Positions 12,686 through 21,608 of a stretch of DNA of 64,000 nt are shown piece after piece. Source of the DNA: Veleropilina oligotropha (Eukaryota); NCBI GenBank assembly GCA_048128005.1, contig JBEUKZ010000008.1, positions 620,001 through 684,000 on the forward strand, given 5' to 3'. The translations under genes were made by a program, and so were the position numbers. Below the pieces are notes generated by a model, which saw nothing but the letters and a program-made list of their open reading frames with translations, did no database searches and was not told where the DNA came from. Every line of letters begins with the position of its first letter. Position 1 is the first letter of the stretch.

Positions 12686-12750
12686 AGCAGCAGGGGGGGT
12701 CAGTAGACTTTTTAGAATGGGAAAATAAGGCTCCCAGCACCATTTCAGAA
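12686..12750 (+). repeat. Left terminal inverted repeat
   Basis: agcagcagggggggtcagtagactttttagaatgggaaaataaggctcccagcaccatttcagaa; reverse complement of 28039-28103 with 2 mismatches. Confidence 0.95.
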
Positions 12751-13757
12751 CTCAGGGTAGCTCGGACTAGTCAGCAGGGGAGTTTAGACTAGGGCCCCGG
12801 GGCGACCGTGGAGGCTCCCAGCACCCGTTCCGACCCAACTTAAACTATATAGAGCCCTCAGGGACGGCCCACTACCCTCGCCGGCCCGGGCTCCTGTGTG
12901 TTAGTGTATTACAAAAGTCCCCGTGTGTACAGCGCAGTCCGAACCTAGGGTAGCTTAGAATAGTCAGCAGGGGATGGACTTTTTTAGAATGGGCAATAAG
13001 GCTCCCAGCACCAGTGAGTTCTATTAGCTATACCCACAGCAGGGCACTAACTGTGTGTGGCGCGGCGGCGTGTATCAATGGATATTTGCGTTAGTCGCTG
13101 TCAATGTTATTGATTAATTTTGCGTCTGGGTCTGCCCGGGCTCATCTTTTTTCCTATTAGAGCAATGGCTATCCTAGTGTATACCCGACATATATCAAGA
13201 TGGGTGCGTATCTCCCTTAGAGTACCTGCTAAATCGTAATACCACATTTATGATCACTACTGCTAGCAACAAGAAGAACCGTGAATTCAGGACACTGCCC
13301 GTCTTCATGTCCTTCCATCAAGTGTTGCCTTATTGTGAAGCCCCCTTGAATTTCAGCCGTAGCCTGGGGTGCAATCAGTTGCCTTTTAATCCTGATCAGA
13401 AGCACCTTGTATTTCAGCCGTAGCCTGGTTCAATCTGTCAGAGGCGACCATAATAATTAACAACCTTTCAAGTTAGGCTGTATTGCTGGCTGTATACGAT
13501 TTAGCAGGTACTCAATGAAGTCGCCATGTGCTGGGCAGGTATATACTAGGATCTCATTCCTCTAATATGAAATCTGGGTCAGCAGCGCTAATAATAGACG
13601 CGTTTGGCGATAAGAGCAGCAGCATGAATGAGGCCACAGTAGACAGCTGAACGGGCTATTAATATATGCTAGGAAAGCCGGAAATGTGTTTGAGGACAGG
13701 GAATCCCCGAGCAGCTGTTATGTAAGTATGTAGTTCACGCTGGTAGCGTGCAGTTGC

Positions 13758-14096
13758 ATGGCGATAAGTGTCCTATTAGATATACCCACATCACAGGATA
13801 TACCCACTGCAAAGGATACGATGAAGGGCACAGACACCTGTCACTGGCTTACTATAAGCTCCACAGAACTATGTGGTAAGAGTTGTCTGAGAGAGTATTG
13901 CAAAGTGCATTTGGCTCGGCTACGGCGAAATGGCTGGGTCACAAAGCCCTGCATCAAATGCGGCAAAGGCGTCTTCAACCGGTTTACGTTGTGTAAGGGC
14001 TGTGGGTATAAGAGTGAGAACTCTATGGACTGGCAACGAAAGAAAAGTGCCTTCCGGAGAGAGTTTCTCCGCTTGGCTGCAATTTACCACCCGTAA
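13758..14096 (+). CDS. Small Cys/His-rich putative zinc-binding protein
   Basis: C..C..C..CKVH and CIKC...CKGC clusters, immediately upstream of the replicase; true start may be the MKGTDT ATG. Confidence 0.6.
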   Translation: MAISVLLDIPTSQDIPTAKDTMKGTDTCHWLTISSTELCGKSCLREYCKVHLARLRRNGWVTKPCIKCGKGVFNRFTLCKGCGYKSENSMDWQRKKSAFRREFLRLAAIYHP

Positions 14097-14144
14097 ATTT
14101 CCTATTAGAGAAGTAAAGATCTTAGTGTATGCCCGCCCGGCAAC

Positions 14145-17100
14145 ATGTCGACTATGGATGACTATATAGACCAACTGCTCGCAGACATGCAGGCATCTGA
14201 AACTCTCCGGGACGTGGTTCAGAATATTCTAGACGAACCAATCCCGGAAGACGTGAAGGAGCGCTTGTTGAAGCCTCTGGTCCCATCCAAGGATCCCCAA
14301 ACGGAGAGAAAGCGGAAAGCCATTGTTGAGGAATTTGACCCAATCCCCCTCTCCAAAAAGCCCCGGACAGCCCAGGACTACCAGAATGATCTACTAGGGC
14401 TGTTTACCACAACAGAGGGGCAACGATTCATCGACCTGGATGACCAGGTCCCTCCCCCTGTAAGGCTCCCAGCAAAAGAGCCGTGGGTGGAACTCTTGAG
14501 CGACGCCAAAGACGAGTTTGAGGTCGATGGCGCCGCGGCGGCCTTCTCCACATGGAGGATAGAAGTGGCTGGACGGCTGGCCCTGGATGCCCGTATGACA
14601 GATGCAAGGGCGGCACAGCTCCTCACAGCCCTTCCCAAGGGTGAGTTTCTCCTGAGGATAAAGTTCTTGCGGGAGTGGGGTGAAGGCGACTGGGTGGTCG
14701 AAGACAAGTTTGACCCGGTGAAGGCTGCGAGGAAGAAGGGCCAGGGTGTCGTTGAGATCTCTCAGGACACTAAGCCAGGTGCTATCACTGGGGTCGACAA
14801 AGCCTACTACGAGAACGCCTACCCGGTTACTGCAGTCGTCTACGGCGTCTATCCTCTCAGAGAACCAAACCCAGCCAACCTGGTTCCAATGAAGAACGGC
14901 GATCTCAACTGCGTTGCCCAGAGAGTGGTTGAGCACTTCGAAGGTGCCCTGAGAGGAAACGGACTCACCCCGATAAGGCGGCAGAAAATACAGGAGTGGG
15001 AGGCGCGAGTTCATGTAACAGGCGCCACTGTGGATGATATATCCATCCTCGAGAAGATACTGAAACGGGCGATCATCGTGCGAGACATCGCAGGTGCCGA
15101 CATCTACAACAGTGGTAAATACCGCGGTCAAGGAAACCATACATTCAGACAAGTAGAGCTCATCTGTCACAACGGCCACGCCTGGTCCAAGGACCTACAC
15201 TTCCCGCAGTCTCGCGAGGTCAACATCTACGAGGGCGATGTCTGGGAAGCTATCCGACAAGCCACACGTAACGAGCCATTGGCTGTCTGGCTCCTTGGCG
15301 GTACAGACCGACAGCTCAACGTGAACCAGTTCGTGCTTCAGGACGGCCGCACTTACCGGACAAAAGAGGCTCACGAGAGACTCCAAGAAGCCTGTAAGGC
15401 TCTGGGGAATGAGTCTCTCGCCGATCGAGCCTTTGGTGAGAACCATGCAGCTAGCATTATGGCCAAAGAGAACAACGGCTGGAGACCTACCCCAGCGGGC
15501 CTGCTCGATGATATCCAGAAGGCCTGCGTAGAGCATGGCCATGGCGGCCTGTGGAATTCCATGAACTACGATACGGGCGATGTCTGCTGCATCGACATGA
15601 AAGCCTGCTACCCTGCCAGCTTTCTGGGGAAGGGCGAGGCTAAGCCGTACTTCGAAAGATTCGGGCACCCAACCCACAGCATGACCCGGGTCGCAATTAA
15701 CGGTCCTCTACCCCGAGAAATCGGTACCGGGTTTGCCGAGGTCGTGGAATGGGAGTTCGCACAAGACATCCACCCCGTCATTCCCGCCTGGTTCGGAAAG
15801 CACTTTGCAGAGAATGGATGGGCCCCGACGCCTCTGCTCGCCTTCCTCACAGAATCTGGACTGCTAAAAAGCCTCAAGATCCGAGAAGCCATCATCGCGT
15901 TCAGAAAGCAAACCGATGTCTGGCTTCCTGAGAATCGTGACCAGGGATGCCGTATTATCGGCAAATTCACCCAAGGCGCCAAGGCTGACGGCAAAAGATT
16001 GACCCGTAGACTGGTGATTGACCAGGGAGAGCTTGACTTCCTCGTAAGAGACACCCGCCAGAGCGGTACCCTGGTCGGCGCACCTCAGAGATGCCCTATG
16101 GGTCACATCCTCACGTACTATGATGGCTCCCAGCCTCAGTACGCCCACCTGAGGGCATCGATGCTGGCCTATGCCCACATAAGCCTCTTGAGCATGCTTC
16201 AGCGTTTCACCCCTGAGGAAGCTGTCCGAGTGGCCACTGACAGCATCTACCTCAAGAAGGCCTCGTTGGAGAAGCTCGACGATGTCACGGTGTACGTTGC
16301 CCCACAGCTCTGCGACTGTGGCGATAAATCGTGCATCTCCTGTCTGATCGGGGAGACGTACCTTCCGCCAGTAGCACCGGCCCAGTGGCGTGACAAGGGG
16401 GAACAGCTTTACCTGCCACAGGAACATGCCGCATACCTGCCCAAGCCAGAGTATTGTTGTGCCGCCAATTCCAGCCAGCCAAGCACCGCGCCTTGCTACA
16501 ATGACACGCTGACCCACCATCGCCTGAGTTACCTCAATGGTGGAGGGGGCTGTGGCAAGACTACGAGAGCGATCGAGCTCTTCCGGGCAAGGAATCCCAT
16601 TGTATTCACGCCAACCCACCGCCTCGCTAAAGAGATGCGAACCAGAGGCGTCAAAGCCCAGACCTACCACAGTTTCTTCCGATGGAGCGGCCAGACTGAC
16701 TGGACACCCGACCGCATGGGTCAGAAGTTCATCCCCCGCGTCATTATCTGGGACGAGGTCTGTACTGTTCCCCGGCCTATCCTCGAGATGTTCTTGGACT
16801 GGCTGGGCCACCACGAAGTTCAGGTTATCTGCTGTGGCGATCAGGGCCAGCCACCACCGATTACGGGCGAGATGCCGCACGATTGGCTGCGACAGACCGC
16901 GGACTACTATGAGGAGATCGAAGTAGACTACAGGGCGAAAGACGACCCTGCCCTCCAAGCCCTGAAAAGACGTATACGTCTCCAGCCCGACAAAATCCAG
17001 TGCGGGGAAATGCGTAAGAGTCTCCCCAGCTGCCTTGGATGGGATCGGTTTGTCAACACCTGGAGGCCAGGCGACCTAATCCTCACCAGCCGTCAGAAGG

Positions 17101-17816
17101 TCCGCGAACGGGCTCAACAGCTGTTGCTCCAGAGGCACAAGGAGCACTTCCCAGACTCCCCGGTACCTATCCTTTATCACCCCAGGGACACCCGTAAGCA
17201 AAATATCATGGTAACCATTCCGGGCACCGATGAAAGAGAGGAGCTAGTTCTCAACGACGTCGTTGAGGTCACGATTGAGGCCGCTGAGCAGGCTATCCTG
17301 ACCCCGGATTGGCGCCTGGGCTATGCTCTCACCATCCATTCGAGCCAGGGTCTTACCATTCACGACCCACAGAAAGTCTGGATCATCGACGACTACCTTC
17401 AGTGGAGTAATCTCGCCTACCTAGCCGTGTCCCGGGTGGAGTATCTGCATCAGCTCGAGCGGGTAACCTGTCCTCCAGATGAGGGTTCTGAGGACAGGCC
17501 GCCCCAAGCGCAGCAGAGCAAGCAGCAGCTCCGAAAAACCATCCAGAGGAAGCTCGTGGCATACATGCGCCAGGACCAGGCAAAGGGACTCCCGGGGTTT
17601 AACCTCAAGGTCGACGACATCCTGCGGCTCAGAGAGGCCCAAAACAACCGATGCGCAGCATGTAACATAGAGCTGCTCTGGGCCTACCAGCCCAAAGACA
17701 CACAGCAGTTCAGTGTCGACCGTGTGGACAACCGCAGGGGCCACATCCGCGACAACGTGCGCTTAACGTGCCTTGAATGTAACCGAAAAAGAGGATTTGC
17801 GGTTGTTAATGCCTGA
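14145..17816 (+). CDS. Multidomain replicase: vOTU-like protease + divergent PolB-like palm + SF1 (RecD/Pif1-like) helicase + HNH nuclease
   Basis: Helicase motifs GGGGCGKT, VFTPTH, TYHSFF, IIWDEV, CGDQGQPPP, TIHSSQGLT, YLAVSRV (strong). PolB-like IDMKACYP, IIGKF, ATDSIY (moderate). CAAC...SVDRVDN..GH...N...C..CN HNH (good). DLNC...NGHAW vOTU-like dyad (tentative). Confidence 0.85.
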   Translation: MSTMDDYIDQLLADMQASETLRDVVQNILDEPIPEDVKERLLKPLVPSKDPQTERKRKAIVEEFDPIPLSKKPRTAQDYQNDLLGLFTTTEGQRFIDLDDQVPPPVRLPAKEPWVELLSDAKDEFEVDGAAAAFSTWRIEVAGRLALDARMTDARAAQLLTALPKGEFLLRIKFLREWGEGDWVVEDKFDPVKAARKKGQGVVEISQDTKPGAITGVDKAYYENAYPVTAVVYGVYPLREPNPANLVPMKNGDLNCVAQRVVEHFEGALRGNGLTPIRRQKIQEWEARVHVTGATVDDISILEKILKRAIIVRDIAGADIYNSGKYRGQGNHTFRQVELICHNGHAWSKDLHFPQSREVNIYEGDVWEAIRQATRNEPLAVWLLGGTDRQLNVNQFVLQDGRTYRTKEAHERLQEACKALGNESLADRAFGENHAASIMAKENNGWRPTPAGLLDDIQKACVEHGHGGLWNSMNYDTGDVCCIDMKACYPASFLGKGEAKPYFERFGHPTHSMTRVAINGPLPREIGTGFAEVVEWEFAQDIHPVIPAWFGKHFAENGWAPTPLLAFLTESGLLKSLKIREAIIAFRKQTDVWLPENRDQGCRIIGKFTQGAKADGKRLTRRLVIDQGELDFLVRDTRQSGTLVGAPQRCPMGHILTYYDGSQPQYAHLRASMLAYAHISLLSMLQRFTPEEAVRVATDSIYLKKASLEKLDDVTVYVAPQLCDCGDKSCISCLIGETYLPPVAPAQWRDKGEQLYLPQEHAAYLPKPEYCCAANSSQPSTAPCYNDTLTHHRLSYLNGGGGCGKTTRAIELFRARNPIVFTPTHRLAKEMRTRGVKAQTYHSFFRWSGQTDWTPDRMGQKFIPRVIIWDEVCTVPRPILEMFLDWLGHHEVQVICCGDQGQPPPITGEMPHDWLRQTADYYEEIEVDYRAKDDPALQALKRRIRLQPDKIQCGEMRKSLPSCLGWDRFVNTWRPGDLILTSRQKVRERAQQLLLQRHKEHFPDSPVPILYHPRDTRKQNIMVTIPGTDEREELVLNDVVEVTIEAAEQAILTPDWRLGYALTIHSSQGLTIHDPQKVWIIDDYLQWSNLAYLAVSRVEYLHQLERVTCPPDEGSEDRPPQAQQSKQQLRKTIQRKLVAYMRQDQAKGLPGFNLKVDDILRLREAQNNRCAACNIELLWAYQPKDTQQFSVDRVDNRRGHIRDNVRLTCLECNRKRGFAVVNA

Positions 17817-18804
17817 GAACCGGCGGCAGTTGGGTGTCACGAGGCACCACGAGAAGTTCCTCACGAACGAACCCACGCGGTGGTCCATCAAGCAAGTAGT
17901 AGAGCACAGGCTCGTCAGGTTTAGTGACAGAGCGTCCAAGCCTGTGCACTTTTAGAGACCACACCGGGTCAGTCGCTCGCCGGCGACCACCCTCCAACTC
18001 ACCGGGTTGGTATAGGTATCGAACATCTACGTCAGAGGGGAGTTTCTGTTCCTTCCCCTGTCGGCCTGGAACAGTGGAAGAAGGATTTTGTGCAACGCGA
18101 GGTGCCTTGATGGCGTCCTTGGGCTTTTTACCGGTCAGCCTGGTCACTTCCCCATTCAACGCCGCAACAACGGCGGGCAGCCTGGCGACCCACTCAGTTG
18201 ACCTTTGACCCTCTTTCGCAGACCCTGTAAAACTCATCTCTGTTGCATACTGGTGCCTGAAGAGCCGCTCAGCGAGCGTCCGGTTGAAGCGCTCCACGAT
18301 CCCTTGATCGCGATGGAGATCCACACGGCCACGCCTAACCTCGACATTATTCTTTGCCAGCAGCTGGGAGACCGTCCCCATGAACTCTCGCCCTGGATCA
18401 ACCTGAAGCAATTTCGGCCAGCTAAGAGGACTCCGCCTGTAGATTCGAGACAGAGCTTCAGCAACCCCTTTGGCCTCTTTTGTGGCCAGAGGCTCAGCTT
18501 CTTTAAAGCGACTGGCCACATCAACCACAGTCAAAGCGTACTTATAGGTCTTGTGTCTGACCTTGTCATGGGGGAGAAACAGGAGGTCGGCTTGGTGAAC
18601 CTCGTTTGGCGTTACGACGTCGAATTTTGGTCTTGGAATCCGCCGTGGCGCAGGTAAATAGATCTGCCATATAGCCTGCCTCTTAAGCCATGTCCGGGCC
18701 TCCACTTCAGACGCCTTGGCAGCGTCAGCTAGTTTCTTTATCGCGGCAATGCCTTTCCAGTAGCCCTTAGGGCTGTAGTACATCCTCGCAAGCTTACTAT
18801 CCAT
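17806..18804 (-). CDS. Retroviral-like (rve, DDE) Polinton integrase
   Basis: HQADLL, VVDVASRF, LQVDPGREF, GIVERFNRTL; Polinton-type N-terminus (MYYSPKG...WLKRQ); no chromodomain seen. Confidence 0.95.
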   Translation of the reverse strand: MDSKLARMYYSPKGYWKGIAAIKKLADAAKASEVEARTWLKRQAIWQIYLPAPRRIPRPKFDVVTPNEVHQADLLFLPHDKVRHKTYKYALTVVDVASRFKEAEPLATKEAKGVAEALSRIYRRSPLSWPKLLQVDPGREFMGTVSQLLAKNNVEVRRGRVDLHRDQGIVERFNRTLAERLFRHQYATEMSFTGSAKEGQRSTEWVARLPAVVAALNGEVTRLTGKKPKDAIKAPRVAQNPSSTVPGRQGKEQKLPSDVDVRYLYQPGELEGGRRRATDPVWSLKVHRLGRSVTKPDEPVLYYLLDGPPRGFVREELLVVPRDTQLPPVLRH

Positions 18805-19033
18805 CAGCAATGTATTCCAGTAAACTGATCAGTCTCCAACAGGCTTCAGCTTCCGGAGCCGGTCGCTGCGCAGTCGTCGCCCGTAGGTTGGTCGGGCCCG
18901 AGAGCACCAGGACCGCGAACCGCACCATAGTCTTTTCGTCGCGGCGCCAGCAGTTGAGTAACGTAGTACTATAGCCGACCGCAAGCATAGCGCAGTACAG
19001 CTCTTCTGGGAGCCCCATTATTATACCTGGCAC
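18797..19033 (-). CDS. Possible small hypothetical protein
   Basis: Fills the gap in the minus-strand gene run; no motif. Confidence 0.3.
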   Translation of the reverse strand: MPGIIMGLPEELYCAMLAVGYSTTLLNCWRRDEKTMVRFAVLVLSGPTNLRATTAQRPAPEAEACWRLISLLEYIADG

Positions 19034-19059
19034 ACGAAAAAAATGTCCACTGGAAATAA

Positions 19060-19488
19060 TTAGGCGAGCTTGTAGGCGACCAACCCGGTCGCAGCCATCC
19101 CCAGGATGATGAAGGTGATCTCACGTCCCTTCTGGCCATCGCTCGGTGTGTAGTAGTCAGACAGGGCGGGCTCAGGGCCACCCCCCAGGCCGGGGTCAAG
19201 GTTCTTGCCGGTGATCAATGCATACTCACGGATCGCGGCGTCAACATCCCGGAATGTGCCAACGGCATGACCCTGGCGGCGAAGTTCAACGTTCAGCCAA
19301 TCGAGACGCTCTGCCCGCTTCTGGGACCATTTAGTCTGAGCAGCGTTGAGCTGTTCTACAGCAATGTCGTGGCGTTTACGCTCCGCATCGACACCGGAGC
19401 TGCGTAGCTTCGAGAAGAGGAAGTTGGAGCCGCTGAAGGCGAGGGCGTTGACGAGAGCGCCCCCAACCAGCATCGCAATGGAAGCCAT
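19060..19488 (-). CDS. Hypothetical element protein with hydrophobic N- and C-termini
   Basis: MASIAMLVGGALVNALAFSG...ERKRHD...; C-terminal TM-like ITFIILGMAATGLVAY. Resembles ORFs I recall from invertebrate Polinton-like elements. Confidence 0.75.
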   Translation of the reverse strand: MASIAMLVGGALVNALAFSGSNFLFSKLRSSGVDAERKRHDIAVEQLNAAQTKWSQKRAERLDWLNVELRRQGHAVGTFRDVDAAIREYALITGKNLDPGLGGGPEPALSDYYTPSDGQKGREITFIILGMAATGLVAYKLA

Positions 19489-19519
19489 TGAAATGCTGCG
19501 ATTATCTAGCAAGGTCCCA

Positions 19520-19759
19520 CTACTTCAATATATCGGCCGGAATGATGCCTTGCTTGATCAGCATGTCTTTCGTCGCCATGGCGAGCGCTACGTCGAGGAC
19601 GACCATCCCGACATCGTAGCCCGTGAAGTCCAGTTTGGGGCTCGCTCCCTTGAATACCATCTTTGTCAGGCGTGCGTAGCCAATGGCGAGGCCTGACACT
19701 ATAGCGGCGTGGTATACAGCGTTGCCGAGCATCTTTCCATCAGTGATTGGGGTAGTCAT
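19520..19759 (-). CDS. 79-aa small hydrophobic element protein
   Basis: ATG-initiated, two hydrophobic helices, tightly packed in the gene run. Confidence 0.7.
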   Translation of the reverse strand: MTTPITDGKMLGNAVYHAAIVSGLAIGYARLTKMVFKGASPKLDFTGYDVGMVVLDVALAMATKDMLIKQGIIPADILK

Positions 19760-19784
19760 AACTGTTGATTAGTACCGTTTGCGA

Positions 19785-20276
19785 CTATTGCATATGAAAA
19801 GGGTTCTGCTTCTTCAATTCGATAGTGGGGGCGGCCCGAGAGCACCGAGCGTCCGCGTCTGGTGGCTGTTGATGTGGTGTGGATGGACCAGGGTTGCTGC
19901 GTTCTGAGGACGTCTTCCAGACAACAAATACCAACGCAACCGTACCGGCAGCGACGGCTACCTGGGTCCAATTAAATAGGTCCGATTTCCGTGTATCTGG
20001 CGCACGCGGTCTTTCTGCAGCTGGAACCGCCTCCCCGGGCTGTTCTGATGGAACGACAACACTTGTTGGGGCACTCAGGTCTTCTTTCATTTTTCGAACC
20101 GCGGCCAGTAGCTTCTCCTGCTTGGCTTTTCGAGCAGCAGCGCCGGCCCTCCCTGCAGCCACTTTTTTCGGGTCCTTTTTACTCACTGATGAGTCCGTCG
20201 AAGAAGTCACCCTCTCTATCGGCTGGCTCTCGATCGGCTGTCTCTCGATCACTTGGTCCACTTCCGGCGTTGTCAT
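19785..20276 (-). CDS. Basic/coiled-coil protein with one TM-like segment
   Basis: KKDPKKVAAGRAGAAARKAK basic helix; VAVAAGTVALVFVVW hydrophobic segment; C-terminal NPF. Confidence 0.65.
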   Translation of the reverse strand: MTTPEVDQVIERQPIESQPIERVTSSTDSSVSKKDPKKVAAGRAGAAARKAKQEKLLAAVRKMKEDLSAPTSVVVPSEQPGEAVPAAERPRAPDTRKSDLFNWTQVAVAAGTVALVFVVWKTSSERSNPGPSTPHQQPPDADARCSRAAPTIELKKQNPFHMQ

Positions 20277-20964
20277 CTTGATCTGGTATCTTAGGCGGGC
20301 AAACATGTCCAAATTGGCAGTGCTTAGCCGTGGTCAACGCTGCGGTCAGCGGTGCGAGGTACATGCCATATTTATAATACAGCTCACAGCTTGCAGTGGT
20401 CAGGGCATGTGAGATGAACGGGTCGGCCTCCAGGTCGGCGATCAGTCGTAGCTGGTTTGCTGGTGGAATGGGCAGGAACATCCCAGCTGCCCCCGCGTAG
20501 AGATGAATAGCTGAAGTCCCCAGAGTCTTCGTCACATCGGCACCGAGTTTCGCTTCATACCTCGCGTGGTGCTTTTCGACCTCGTCGTCAGTCATGTCGT
20601 CTATCCGGTCCACTGTGAGGTTACGCCCCATGTATCGGTGGGCCTGTCCTCCAACGGCTAAGGCTGCAAGCCTCTCACGCTTTGCCGCGCAAACGGAACT
20701 TGCGACTCCACTGTTACTGACAGGTTCCTTGCCATCGGGAGTCAAGCGACAGCTGTTGATGGTCGTTTCTTGTTCGTCATCCATGAGTTGATCGATGAGG
20801 CTGTCCATCCTGAAGCGTTTCCAGCATCGCCTCACCGGTCTAATATAACTGTAAATCCAATACCACAATGTAGCGAGTAGGAGCAAGATCAGGCTCTGGC
20901 TGAAAGCAAAAGCTAGATATACAGCGTCCGACATGCGAGAGCTTGCTGGGCAGCTACTTAGCAT
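20179..20964 (-). CDS. Hypothetical element protein (start uncertain)
   Basis: Long ORF in the gene run; N-terminal TM-like stretch; alternative start MDSLIDQL at 20808. Confidence 0.7.
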   Translation of the reverse strand: MLSSCPASSRMSDAVYLAFAFSQSLILLLLATLWYWIYSYIRPVRRCWKRFRMDSLIDQLMDDEQETTINSCRLTPDGKEPVSNSGVASSVCAAKRERLAALAVGGQAHRYMGRNLTVDRIDDMTDDEVEKHHARYEAKLGADVTKTLGTSAIHLYAGAAGMFLPIPPANQLRLIADLEADPFISHALTTASCELYYKYGMYLAPLTAALTTAKHCQFGHVCPPKIPDQDDNAGSGPSDRETADREPADREGDFFDGLISE

Positions 20965-20975
20965 CTGCTGGGTAG

Positions 20976-21608
20976 CTATAGCACACTATAAGCAACGGGC
21001 TGATCAGTTTTCAACAGAAGCTTAGCGTGTCGTGTCTCGGCCAACAGCCGGCGAACCTCGGTCCGTTCATCCTGCGACGGGATTACATCGTTCTCGCGCA
21101 GACAGTCCTCGAAACTGTCGCGGTCCTTGCAATGGAACAGCGCGACCCAGCGGGTCTGCTCTCTGAGCTCCTTCAAGACCGAGTTGTACTTTTGCGTCAC
21201 TACCCATACGCTCTGGGAAGCATGCCTGCCGCTGAAGGCCAACAAAGTCAGCATGTCCCTCCTCTTTGCCATAGCCTTGCTCGCGGCGCAGTCGTCGATT
21301 ATGTACAGAGTTGATTCCCCCTGAAACAGTCGGTAGAACCCCCGCAGCCAGTCATGGAGTCGCTCACCCGGGGGGACTAAATACACCTCAGGGTCGGTCC
21401 AGATCCACGGACAAGACTGGTATGCTTTGTTGTACTTGATCGTGGGGCAGAGGACCACGATATGCCGGAAGACGCCTCGATACTCCCCTTCCAGCAGTTC
21501 AAGCATGAAAACCGTCTTCCCACAGCCCGTCTGGCCGCAGATGATTGCGGAGTGGGGGTCCTTGGTGTGCGGAAATCGTTTAGTACAGTGCTTCGACGAA
21601 TCGGCCAT
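20976..21608 (-). CDS. A32/FtsK-like genome packaging ATPase
   Basis: Walker A GQTGCGKT, Walker B LYIIDD, arginine finger GRH, VVTQ sensor. Confidence 0.93.
   Translation of the reverse strand: MADSSKHCTKRFPHTKDPHSAIICGQTGCGKTVFMLELLEGEYRGVFRHIVVLCPTIKYNKAYQSCPWIWTDPEVYLVPPGERLHDWLRGFYRLFQGESTLYIIDDCAASKAMAKRRDMLTLLAFSGRHASQSVWVVTQKYNSVLKELREQTRWVALFHCKDRDSFEDCLRENDVIPSQDERTEVRRLLAETRHAKLLLKTDQPVAYSVL

Noticed and set aside
15864..16958. 364-aa antisense ORF (and similar shadow ORFs at 14394-15179, 2706-3323, 19879-20412, 22583-23170)
   Set aside because: Opposite motif-bearing genes in GC-rich DNA, with no recognisable motifs
14145..17816. Helitron RepHel protein
   Set aside because: Has an SF1 helicase but no HUH/Y2 Rep motifs seen; the element has TIRs, a TSD and a DDE integrase
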